Shown one piece after another: positions 8,156-15,372 of a stretch of 36,132 nt of DNA. The stretch is from a virus (taxonomy: Duplodnaviria > Caudoviricetes). Where the stretch lies: positions 1 through 36,132 of IMG/VR virus record IMGVR_UViG_3300031473_000004; one strand, written 5' to 3'. The translations under genes and the position numbers were made by a program. A model generated the notes under the pieces. That model was not told where the DNA came from, ran no database searches, and saw only the letters and a list, made by a program, of their open reading frames with translations. Each line of letters opens with the position of its first letter. The first letter of the stretch is position 1.

Positions 8156-8409
8156 CCTGCTCCTACGCCGGCTGCACTCTGCCGGGCCCCACGGTCGAGG
8201 ACGGCTGGTTTTTCTGCGCCTGGCACCTGGCCGAGCACCGGGCGCTCCGCGACGACTGTCCACAGACTGTGGAAGGCGAGTTGCCTGTGGACAACGGATG
8301 GGTGGGAGAATCAGGCTCCGCTCAAAGCGGAGCCCAAGTTCCCCTTCCTGGCAGGCAGGGAACCCGGGCTCCTGACCCATCCGAGTCGACCGGAGGGCTC
8401 TGTCCATGA
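8152..8409 (+). CDS. Hypothetical protein (3' half overlaps DnaA boxes and hairpins)
   Basis: MTCSYAGC...FFCAWH; ATGA overlaps at both ends. Confidence 0.5.
   Translation: MTCSYAGCTLPGPTVEDGWFFCAWHLAEHRALRDDCPQTVEGELPVDNGWVGESGSAQSGAQVPLPGRQGTRAPDPSESTGGLCP
8256..8372. promoter_or_regulatory. DnaA-box cluster followed by alternative RNA hairpins
   Basis: CTGTCCACA 8256-8264 and TGTGGACAA 8286-8294 (reverse complement TTGTCCACA). Hairpins at 8314-8334 and 8329-8372 share GGAGCC. Confidence 0.5.
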
Positions 8410-8579
8410 TGCTTGCACCACTCCCCCGCCCCGTCACCTACCCCCGCCCCGAGCCCACGCTCGCCGAGTGGCGGGCCCGGTGCCTGCTCGCCCTGTCCGT
8501 CCTCGGGCACCGCTTGGACACCACCGACCCGGACGTGGCGCAGGTCGGGGCGATCCTGCGCGGGGAGGTCGAGCTGTGA
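8406..8579 (+). CDS. Hypothetical protein (57 aa, not in ORF track)
   Basis: MMLAPLPRPVTYPRPEPTLAEWRARCLLALSVLGHRLD...; GGAGG upstream; overlaps at both ends. Confidence 0.6.
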   Translation: MMLAPLPRPVTYPRPEPTLAEWRARCLLALSVLGHRLDTTDPDVAQVGAILRGEVEL

Positions 8580-8764
8580 GCGGCCCGATGACCGAGGAGG
8601 AGCAGCACCTGGCCCTCACCCTGTTGACGCAGGCACGTCGCCTGCTGGTCGAGGTCCACCCCGACCTTCTGCGCGGACAGGCAGCTGCCGCCGTCGCAGC
8701 CGACCTCGACACCTTCCTGCGCGACTTCGACCGCCACGACCTCTGGAAGCGGGCGGGCGAGTAG
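8576..8764 (+). CDS. Hypothetical protein
   Basis: Helical ORF VSGPMTEEEQHLALTLLTQARRLL...; coupled to its neighbours. Confidence 0.6.
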   Translation: MSGPMTEEEQHLALTLLTQARRLLVEVHPDLLRGQAAAAVAADLDTFLRDFDRHDLWKRAGE

Positions 8765-9528
8765 TGGACTGGTGCCGCCTGTCAACCGGCTACTACCTCG
8801 ACCCGGCGCTCCTGCGCGCGGGCGAGGCCGCCGAGGTCCTGTTCCTGCGCTGCCTCGCCTACAGCGGCGCACAGGAACGCCGTGGGGTCATCCCGCGCAA
8901 CGTCCTGCCGATGCTCACCCCCACCCGGACGAAGGGCCGCGTCGACGCGCTGGTCCGTGAGGGGCTGCTGGTCGAGCAGGGCGGGCACGAGCTACTGATC
9001 CGCTCGTGGGAGCGGTGGCAGGAGTCGCTCGACGGAGAGTCTGTACGCCGCCGCAAGGCTCGCGAGAAGAAGGCTCGCCAGCGCCAAGAGGCACGGGAAG
9101 CCGAGGACAGTCCCGCAGACGGAACGGACACGTCCCCCGGGACAGTCCCGGGGACCGAGGGGGGACAGTCCCGGGGACGTCCCCGACGCATAGAAGTAGA
9201 GGTAGAAGAAGAACAAGAGACTACGTCTCTTGTAGCGCGAGGACGCGCCCGAGCAACCGGACCCCCCGCCGAGTTCCCGATCACTGCCGGCATGAAGGCC
9301 TGGGGCGCCGAACACGCACGGTCCGTCGAGGACCCGCTGGCCGAAACCGAGAAGTTCCTTGACCACGCCCGGGCCAACGGGAAGACCTTCCGGGACTGGA
9401 CCGCGGCGTGGCGGACGTGGATGGCGAACGCCCAGACCTACGCCACCCGCAGTCCCAGCCGCCTGCGACCGGTTCCCCCACCATCGAGGGACCCGTACGA
9501 GGCGACGATGACGGACGAGTACTCGTGA
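8764..9528 (+). CDS. Replication initiator (lambda O-analogous, RepA-like)
   Basis: WCRLSTGYYLDPALLRAGEAAEVLFLRCLAYS N-terminus, internal iteron tract, C-terminal EKFLDHARANGKTFRDWTAAWRTWM; directly upstream of the helicase. Confidence 0.8.
   Translation: MDWCRLSTGYYLDPALLRAGEAAEVLFLRCLAYSGAQERRGVIPRNVLPMLTPTRTKGRVDALVREGLLVEQGGHELLIRSWERWQESLDGESVRRRKAREKKARQRQEAREAEDSPADGTDTSPGTVPGTEGGQSRGRPRRIEVEVEEEQETTSLVARGRARATGPPAEFPITAGMKAWGAEHARSVEDPLAETEKFLDHARANGKTFRDWTAAWRTWMANAQTYATRSPSRLRPVPPPSRDPYEATMTDEYS
9105..9221. repeat. Iterons and purine/A-rich tract: probable phage replication origin
   Basis: GGACAGTCCC at 9105, 9140 and 9163. 17-bp GGGACAGTCCCGGGGAC at 9139-9155 and 9162-9178. Palindrome GGGGACGTCCCC 9173-9184. 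Then ATAGAAGTAGAGGTAGAAGAAGAACAAGAGA. Confidence 0.75.
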
Positions 9529-10766
9529 CCGAACCCCGCGACGAGATCGCCGAGCGCGCCGTCGTCGGCGAACTGCTCCGGCTCACCGCCGTCCCCGACC
9601 TCCCGATGACCCCGGAGGACATCTGGCACCCGCAAGTCCGGGCCGTCGCCCTCGCCTGCTGGGACCTCACCGCCCGCGGCCTGCCCTGCAACCTCCCGGC
9701 AGTGCGGGACGAGACGCTCCGCCGCGGGGAGCGCGGCCCGTGCACCGACGGGGTGTGGCTCGCGGACCTGCTCGCCGCCGGCTTCCCCGGCCTAGTCCAC
9801 CACGCCCGGATCGTCCGGGCCCGGTCTGTGCAGCGCCAGGTCATTGCTGCCACCACCCGCGCCCTGCAACAGCTGGAGTCACCGACTGCGGACGCCTACG
9901 ACGTGGCCGCCCAGGCGGCCTTGCAGCTCGGGGTGCTCGCCGACTCCGACTCCGCCCCGGCCCTGTCGGCGGTCAGCGACGCGGAGGAGTTCATGGCCGG
10001 GCCGACCGGCTACGACTGGCTAGTCCCGGACCTGCTTGAGCGCGGCGACCGCCTGATCGTTACGAGCGTCGAAGGTGGCGGTAAGTCGACCCTGCTGCGG
10101 CAGCTCGCGGTCTGCTTGGCCGCAGGTCTGCACCCGTTCGCGCACTCACCGGTCGAGGCGAAACGGGTCCTGCTGGTCGACCTGGAGAACCCGACCCGGC
10201 TGCTGCGCCGCAAGCTCCGGCCGCTGTTCGAGTTGTGCGCCCAAGCCGGCCGGACGGTGGCAAAGGACCGGATGTTCATCGAGTCCAGGCCTGCTGGTAT
10301 CGACTTGAGCCGGGCGGAGGACGACGTGTGGCTGGACCGGCTGTGCGCCTCCGTCCAACCGGATCTGCTGGTCATCGGGCCGCTCTACAAGATGCACACG
10401 ACCGACATGGGCAAGGAGGAGCCGGCCCGGCACCTGACGTGCTCGTTGGACTCCCTGCGAGCCCGGTACGGGTGCGCGCTGGTCATGGAGACGCATGCCG
10501 GGCACGGCAGCGGCCTGGGGGAGCGCGGACTGCGGCCGATCGGCTCGTCGCTGTTCATGCGCTGGCCTGAGTTCGGCTACGGCATCGCCGGGCGCTGGGA
10601 CGCCGGTCGTCCGGTGCGGTTCAAGCCGTGGCGCGGTGCCCGGGACGAACGCACCGGCTGGCCGGAGGCGCTGAAGCCGGGGGGTCCCGGTCGGTGGCCG
10701 TGGGAGGGCGTGCGGGTCGCATCGCAGGCCGAGGAGTCGTTCTGGCGAAGCGTGGAGGCATCGTGA
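9525..10766 (+). CDS. Replicative helicase (DnaB-like N-terminus plus AAA_25/RecA-type ATPase)
   Basis: EIAERAVVGELL N-terminus; Walker A VEGGGKST; VLLVDLEN; LRPIGSS. Confidence 0.85.
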   Translation: MTEPRDEIAERAVVGELLRLTAVPDLPMTPEDIWHPQVRAVALACWDLTARGLPCNLPAVRDETLRRGERGPCTDGVWLADLLAAGFPGLVHHARIVRARSVQRQVIAATTRALQQLESPTADAYDVAAQAALQLGVLADSDSAPALSAVSDAEEFMAGPTGYDWLVPDLLERGDRLIVTSVEGGGKSTLLRQLAVCLAAGLHPFAHSPVEAKRVLLVDLENPTRLLRRKLRPLFELCAQAGRTVAKDRMFIESRPAGIDLSRAEDDVWLDRLCASVQPDLLVIGPLYKMHTTDMGKEEPARHLTCSLDSLRARYGCALVMETHAGHGSGLGERGLRPIGSSLFMRWPEFGYGIAGRWDAGRPVRFKPWRGARDERTGWPEALKPGGPGRWPWEGVRVASQAEESFWRSVEAS

Positions 10767-11086
10767 CCCGAGAGGACCAGCGCATGACCGACGCTCGCAT
10801 CAAGCGAGGCATCGCACGCGAGCAAAGGAAGACCGCGAAGGCGCACCGCATGAGAACTCCCGGGGGCACACTGAACGTGGGAAGTGCCGGTAGTTCAGCC
10901 AGGCAGAACACCGTGTGCGGTACGTCCGATGCATCGGACCAGCCCGCTGGGATCGGAGGTCAGGGGTTCGACTCCCCTCCGGCACTTCCCGCCCCAAAGA
11001 AGGCCAAGCCGTCCTGTGTGTTCGAGCACGGCGACGGCCGGACCCGCACCCCGACAGTGGCGCACCGACCCGAGCCCCGCCGGTGA
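10763..11086 (+). CDS. Hypothetical ORF spanning the tRNA-like element
   Basis: GTGA overlaps at both ends, but no recognisable domain. Confidence 0.4.
   Translation: MTREDQRMTDARIKRGIAREQRKTAKAHRMRTPGGTLNVGSAGSSARQNTVCGTSDASDQPAGIGGQGFDSPPALPAPKKAKPSCVFEHGDGRTRTPTVAHRPEPRR
10879..10990 (+). ncRNA. tRNA-like structured RNA lacking a canonical anticodon arm
   Basis: Acceptor GTGCCGG/CCGGCAC extended to 12 bp; TA; D arm GTTC-AGCCAGGCA-GAAC; variable loop AGGTC; T arm AGGGG-TTCGACT-CCCCT; 46 nt in place of the 17-nt anticodon arm; no CCA. Confidence 0.8.
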
Positions 11087-11994
11087 AGCCCTGCGCACGT
11101 TGCGAGTGGCAGCCCACCGACGGCGACACCCTCGCCGACCACGCCGCCGAGCATCCCCTGTGCGGCTGCTGTTCGCAGTCCCTCACCGTGTACGAACGGA
11201 CCGTCTGCGACCCCTGCTACCAGCAGGCACAGAGCGACCTCGCCGGCATCGCCGTGATGTACGCCGAGCTGCCCCAGCACCTCGGCCACGTCCGGTCCCC
11301 CAACTACGACCGGGGGCGGTCCACCGACTCCCCGATGCCTGGCGGGGACGTCCTGGTCCTGCTCGGCAAAGGCTCCCAGGGGCTGGCCGAGGACGGCACG
11401 ACCACCAAGGACAACGACCCGCCGAGCGTCGCCTACGAGCTCGGCTGGTGGGCGATCGCCTGGCAGGACCAGCGCGGCGAGCACGTCAACGTCTCCACCA
11501 CCAACCGCGCGGTCGCCTACCTGACCGCGACCGCCCGCTGGGCCGCCACGTCGTACGACGGGTTCGCCGAGTACGCCACCGACCTGCGCACCCTGCACGG
11601 CCGTCTCGAAGCCGCCACCGCCCGGCGTCGCAACCCGACCCGGGCAGGCGCCGACTGCTTCCAGTGCGGAGGCCCCCTGGTCCGCCTGGTCGACGACGAC
11701 GGCTTCGAGCAGGACCAGGTGACCTGCCGGGACTGCGGGCACCGCCTCACCCCCGCCGGGTACCGCCTCGCCCTCCGGGCTGCTGCGGAGGCCGTCGCCT
11801 GGGTCGAGCAGGACGGTGAGACCTACGGCACCCCGGCCGTGCTGGCCCGGCATCTCGGCCGCTCGGAACGCACCATCCGGTGGTGGGCCCGCGCCGGGCA
11901 GGTCCGACGCCTGACCACCGGCGGGGTCGTGTACTGCCACGCCGCCGACACCCAGCAGGCGGACGCCGGCCGCGCCCGCCGGAAGGCAGGATGA
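11083..11994 (+). CDS. Zn-ribbon plus C-terminal HTH protein, putative late-gene regulator
   Basis: Multiple CxxC pairs (CFQCGG, CRDCGH) and C-terminal TPAVLARHLGRSERTIRWWARAGQV. Last early gene before the packaging region. Confidence 0.7.
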   Translation: MKPCARCEWQPTDGDTLADHAAEHPLCGCCSQSLTVYERTVCDPCYQQAQSDLAGIAVMYAELPQHLGHVRSPNYDRGRSTDSPMPGGDVLVLLGKGSQGLAEDGTTTKDNDPPSVAYELGWWAIAWQDQRGEHVNVSTTNRAVAYLTATARWAATSYDGFAEYATDLRTLHGRLEAATARRRNPTRAGADCFQCGGPLVRLVDDDGFEQDQVTCRDCGHRLTPAGYRLALRAAAEAVAWVEQDGETYGTPAVLARHLGRSERTIRWWARAGQVRRLTTGGVVYCHAADTQQADAGRARRKAG

Positions 11995-12039
11995 GCACCA
12001 TGAGTCCCGAGCAGAGCGTCCCCGACACCACGCCTGCCC

Positions 12040-12672
12040 GTGCCTGACCGTCGCCGGCGTCCACCCAGCCCACGCGGTGTGGTTGTTCGCCTCGACGGGG
12101 ATCGGAGCCACGGGACCTACTACGCCTATGACAAGTGCGGATGCCGCTGCGACGCCTGTCGCGCGGCCTACAGTCGAGCGCGTCGGGCCCAGCCGGGCCG
12201 CGCTAGCAAGCCCTCAAAGGGTGAAGCCCAGTTGCTCGTGCCGTGGAACGCAGGCGCTCACACGGTCTTAGCTCGGACCTGCAACACATGCGGACGCCTG
12301 CTAGACGCAGAATGGTTCCCGAAGCGTAGGACAGGCCGATACCCCGACGGCCTTAGACCGTCGTGCATCCCATGCACTAACGACGCCCGGTATCGCGAAG
12401 AGCGACGGTTGGAAAAACAACGAGCGCGCAAGCAACGCAACCGGTCAAGAGACAGGCTCGCCGCAAGCCGCACGTACTACGAGTGGACCGGGCCAGACGA
12501 TGCCGTGCTCCTGCGCACAGACCTCTCACTTCGTGAGATGGCACAAACGCTTGGACGGACTGTGTCCGCGGTGTCTAACCGCCGTCTCAAGATTGAGGCG
12601 CCCGCCCTGTCGCGGACTGAGCGCGTTGAACCCGTGGAGACATGGCAGATCGCTCATGCGGGTCTGCGCTGA
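12040..12672 (+). CDS. Zn-finger plus Myb/HTH-like DNA-binding protein
   Basis: HGTYYAYDKCGCRCDACR; CNTCG...F...SCIPC; WTGPDDAVLLRTDLSLREMAQTLGRTVSAVSNRR. Start codon uncertain. More A/T-ending codons than neighbouring genes. Confidence 0.65.
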   Translation: MPDRRRRPPSPRGVVVRLDGDRSHGTYYAYDKCGCRCDACRAAYSRARRAQPGRASKPSKGEAQLLVPWNAGAHTVLARTCNTCGRLLDAEWFPKRRTGRYPDGLRPSCIPCTNDARYREERRLEKQRARKQRNRSRDRLAASRTYYEWTGPDDAVLLRTDLSLREMAQTLGRTVSAVSNRRLKIEAPALSRTERVEPVETWQIAHAGLR

Positions 12673-12760
12673 ACCCGGATGCGGCTCCACGACCTTGGAT
12701 CGTGGACCGGACGCCGGGCAGTGGCCGAGCATCGACCATCGCCGGTGGGTGACGAAATGA
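12656..12760 (+). pseudogene. Possible N-terminal remnant of a packaging HNH gene
   Basis: MRVCAEPGCG start resembles the N-termini of terminase-associated HNH proteins; the frame stops after 34 codons. Confidence 0.35.
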
Positions 12761-12806
12761 CACCCATGTGCTTACATCACGGCAGGTGGACGGAGTGTGC
12801 CCGGAC

Positions 12807-12992
12807 CTACCTCGGCTGCGGCGCTTTCTTCCGTCGGGCGTCGATCGCCTCACCGAGCAGGATGCGAACCATCGCTGACCGCGACCGCTGTTCCCTCACT
12901 GCCTGCGCGTCGATCCACTCCAAGCCGCTGGGCAGCAGGCGCACCTGCACCGGAGCCGCCCGACGAGGCCCGTACTCACCCTCTTGCACCAT
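12807..12992 (-). CDS. Ribbon-helix-helix (CopG/Arc-like) regulator
   Basis: PVQVRLLPSGLEWIDAQAVREQRSRSAMVRILLGEAI; -10-like TACACT 6 nt before the ATG. Confidence 0.8.
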   Translation of the reverse strand: MVQEGEYGPRRAAPVQVRLLPSGLEWIDAQAVREQRSRSAMVRILLGEAIDARRKKAPQPR

Positions 12993-12998
12993 GCGGCC

Positions 12999-13018
12999 AG
13001 TGTACTCATATTGAGTAC
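12999..13018. promoter_or_regulatory. Palindromic operator overlapping a leaderless promoter
   Basis: GTACTCA-TAT-TGAGTAC at 13002-13018; minus-strand TACACT at 13004-12999. Confidence 0.6.
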
Positions 13019-13032
13019 CGGAGGGGGTGACC

Positions 13033-13335
13033 ATGGCCCACCGGTTCCGCACCATCGCCCGGGCCAACACCACCGAGCGCGGCTACGGCCCAGCCCACCA
13101 GGCCGCCCGCCGAGCAGCCCTCAACGCCTACCGGCCCAGCGACCCGTGCCACCTCTGCGGTCGGCCACTCGGCACCAACACCCGGGCCATCCACCTCGAC
13201 CACACCCCGGACCGCTCCGCCTACCGCGGCCTCACCCACGCCCGCTGCAACCGCCTCGACGGCGGAGCCAAAGGCCGCGCCAGCCAGAAGGCCAAGCGAG
13301 TCCAGCAGCAGGGAGCCAGTCCCCACCGGTACTGA
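13033..13335 (+). CDS. Terminase-associated HNH endonuclease
   Basis: TTERGYGPAHQAAR...PCHLCG...HLDHTPDR...GLTHARCNR; GGAGG RBS; precedes terS. Confidence 0.8.
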   Translation: MAHRFRTIARANTTERGYGPAHQAARRAALNAYRPSDPCHLCGRPLGTNTRAIHLDHTPDRSAYRGLTHARCNRLDGGAKGRASQKAKRVQQQGASPHRY

Positions 13336-13439
13336 GGGGGGAGGGGTCCTCGGTTTTTCTAGATCGACTCGGCAGCCTGACCGCCACTCGCGCTCGCACA
13401 CTCACTAACCGGAGAGCCCAGTGGGGGCGGGGGTGGCGG
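13336..13439. other. Probable cos/packaging-site region
   Basis: Non-coding gap between HNH and terS with GGGGGGAGGGG and a T run, the usual cos position in HNH-dependent phages. Exact cut site not determinable. Confidence 0.4.
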
Positions 13440-13700
13440 GTGGCACGACCAAAGGCTCCTGTGGGCGCCCCCCGACCGGAACCCGATGACGCGGACCACC
13501 GCAGGCGTCTTGAGGCGCTCCGGGACCGGCTGGCTACTGCCGTGGACACCGCCGGGCACCGCGACCTCGCCGCGCTGGCCGCCCGGTACCAGGCGGTGCT
13601 CGAGCGGATAGCCGCGCTGCCGGACACGACGGGGGGCACCGCTCTTGACGACCTCGCTCGTGCGCGCCGACGTCGGCGCGCAGCGGCCTCGGCTAAGTAG
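13440..13700 (+). CDS. terS: Terminase small subunit
   Basis: LEALRDRLATAVD...RDLAALAARYQAVLERIAAL...LDDLARARRRR; overlaps the terL start. Confidence 0.8.
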   Translation: MARPKAPVGAPRPEPDDADHRRRLEALRDRLATAVDTAGHRDLAALAARYQAVLERIAALPDTTGGTALDDLARARRRRRAAASAK

Positions 13701-15069
13701 CGTCCCGCCGTACGTCACGTCAGCCGGCCCGGAGGCTGTGCAGCTCGCCGCCCGCGCTGGCCTGCACCTGGACGAGTGGCAGCGGCTGGTCCTGACCGAG
13801 GCGCTCGGGGAACGCCCCGACGGACGCTGGACGGCCTTCGAGGTCGCCCTGATCGTCCCCCGTCAGAACGGCAAGGGATCGGTCCTCGAGGCGCTTGAGC
13901 TGGCCGCCCTGTTCCTGGCCGACCCTGACTCGCCGCCTCCGCTGGTCCTTCACTCGGCCCACGAGTTCAAGACCTCCGCGGAGCACTTCCGGCGGATGCG
14001 GGACCTGATCGACGGCTCCGACCTGCTCCGCAGGCAGGTGCGGATCGTCCGGACAGCCGCGGGGTCGGAGACGATCGAGCTTGTCTCCGGGGCGCGCCTG
14101 CGGTTCGTGACCCGCACAGGAGGGTCCGGTCGTGGCTTCTCCGCCGACCTGATCGTGCTGGACGAGGCGTACAACCTGACCGCCGAGGCGATGGGCGCCG
14201 TCCTGCCGACCTTGGCTGCCCGTCCCAACCCGCAGGTCTGGTACACCTCCAGCGCCGGCCGGGACTCCTCCGAGCAGCTCGCCCGCATCCGCGAGCGAGG
14301 GGTGTCCGGCGACGACGACCGGCTGGCGTTCTTCGAGTGGTCCGCCTCCCCAGACACAGACCCCGCCAGCCTCGAGGCCATCCTGGAGTCGAACCCGGCA
14401 GCTGGCGGCCGGATCCCGCTGCACTTCATCGCAGCCGAACGCGCCGCGCTTCCCCCGGAGCAGTTCGCCCGCGAGCGGCTCGGGGTCTGGCTGGCCAAGG
14501 ACCCGCACAACGCCATCGACCCTGCGGTCTGGGCGTCCCTCGCCGACCCGGCCGCGGCCCTGAACGGGACCCCAGCTCTGGCGGTGGCGACCGCACCGGA
14601 CCACTCCTGGTCGGCGGTGGCGATGGCGTGGTGGCGCCCGGACGGGCTGCTGCAGGTGCACGTGGCCCGCAACCCGGCCGAGCTGCTGGACTACCGGCCC
14701 GGCACGACCTGGGTCGCGGCCCGGGTGGCTGACCTCCAGCGCAGCTGGAACGCCGGGCCGCCACTGGTCGACACCGCCTCGCGCGGGCTGGTCCCGGGCG
14801 CCCAGGAGCCCAGCACGCAGGCGCAGGCGCAGGCGGACAACGCGATCGCCGATGCGGTCGAGTCCGGTCGGATCAAGCACGGCAACGAGCCGGCGCTGAA
14901 CTTCTCGGTCCGGGCCGCCCGGTGGAAGCCGCAGGGCGACAGCCGGGTCCTGGACCGCAAGGGCACGGCGGACATCACTCCGCTGCGGGCGGCCGGGCTG
15001 GCGTTGCGCGCCCTGACCCAGGACGGACCGAGCGTCTATGAGGAGCGTGGCCTGGTGGTGCTGGGGTGA
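13645..15069 (+). CDS. terL: Terminase large subunit
   Basis: Walker A VPRQNGKGS, Walker B LIVLDEA, YTSSAG coupling motif, FARERLGVW. Confidence 0.95.
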   Translation: MTTSLVRADVGAQRPRLSSVPPYVTSAGPEAVQLAARAGLHLDEWQRLVLTEALGERPDGRWTAFEVALIVPRQNGKGSVLEALELAALFLADPDSPPPLVLHSAHEFKTSAEHFRRMRDLIDGSDLLRRQVRIVRTAAGSETIELVSGARLRFVTRTGGSGRGFSADLIVLDEAYNLTAEAMGAVLPTLAARPNPQVWYTSSAGRDSSEQLARIRERGVSGDDDRLAFFEWSASPDTDPASLEAILESNPAAGGRIPLHFIAAERAALPPEQFARERLGVWLAKDPHNAIDPAVWASLADPAAALNGTPALAVATAPDHSWSAVAMAWWRPDGLLQVHVARNPAELLDYRPGTTWVAARVADLQRSWNAGPPLVDTASRGLVPGAQEPSTQAQAQADNAIADAVESGRIKHGNEPALNFSVRAARWKPQGDSRVLDRKGTADITPLRAAGLALRALTQDGPSVYEERGLVVLG

Positions 15070-15356
15070 ACACCTACATCGCCGTTGCCGTGGTGCTTGT
15101 CCTAGCCGCTGCTGCCGGGCTCGCGCTGTACCTGCGGAGATCACCGACCGCCACGCTGCTCGACCAGCGGCTGCGAGAGCGGTTCGTCGTCACCCTCGTG
15201 ACGGGCGAGACGTTCAACGGGCTGCTCATGGAAGCCGACGAGCGCACCGTCATCCTCCGGGACGCCCAAGTGCTGGCCTCGGACGGCAAGGTCGCGCCGG
15301 TCGACGGAGAGCTGCTGCTGCGGCGTGAAGCGATCGCCTACCTGCAGCATCCCTGA
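15066..15356 (+). CDS. Membrane-anchored small protein with Sm/LSm-like pattern
   Basis: N-terminal TM helix, then FVVTLVTGETFNGLLMEADERTVILRDA...GELLLRREAIAYLQ. Confidence 0.6.
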   Translation: MNTYIAVAVVLVLAAAAGLALYLRRSPTATLLDQRLRERFVVTLVTGETFNGLLMEADERTVILRDAQVLASDGKVAPVDGELLLRREAIAYLQHP

Positions 15357-15372
15357 CCGAGAGGCCTGACGC

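Noticed and set aside
8347-8352. Antisense pairing between the hairpin loop CCTGGC and the D loop (GCCAGG) of the tRNA-like RNA
   Set aside because: Only 6 nt, and the D-loop sequence is explained by tRNA consensus.
10884-10986. Functional decoding tRNA or intron-containing tRNA
   Set aside because: No 5-bp stem/7-nt anticodon loop can be formed directly after the D arm, and I see no recognisable intron boundaries. Reported as a tRNA-like RNA instead.
1350-11082. Long Arg/Pro-rich N-terminal extensions in the ORF track (starts at 1350, 4626, 6046, 6978, 8413, 9408, 10915)
   Set aside because: They overlap upstream genes. Downstream starts coupled by stop/start overlaps fit better.
11991-12047. 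18-codon ORF MSTMSPEQSVPDTTPARA
   Set aside because: Too short and featureless to support as a gene, although it could couple translation to 12040.
12673-12806. Self-cleaving ribozyme
   Set aside because: Hairpins and a GAAA are present, but no hammerhead CTGANGA core or other catalytic consensus was found.
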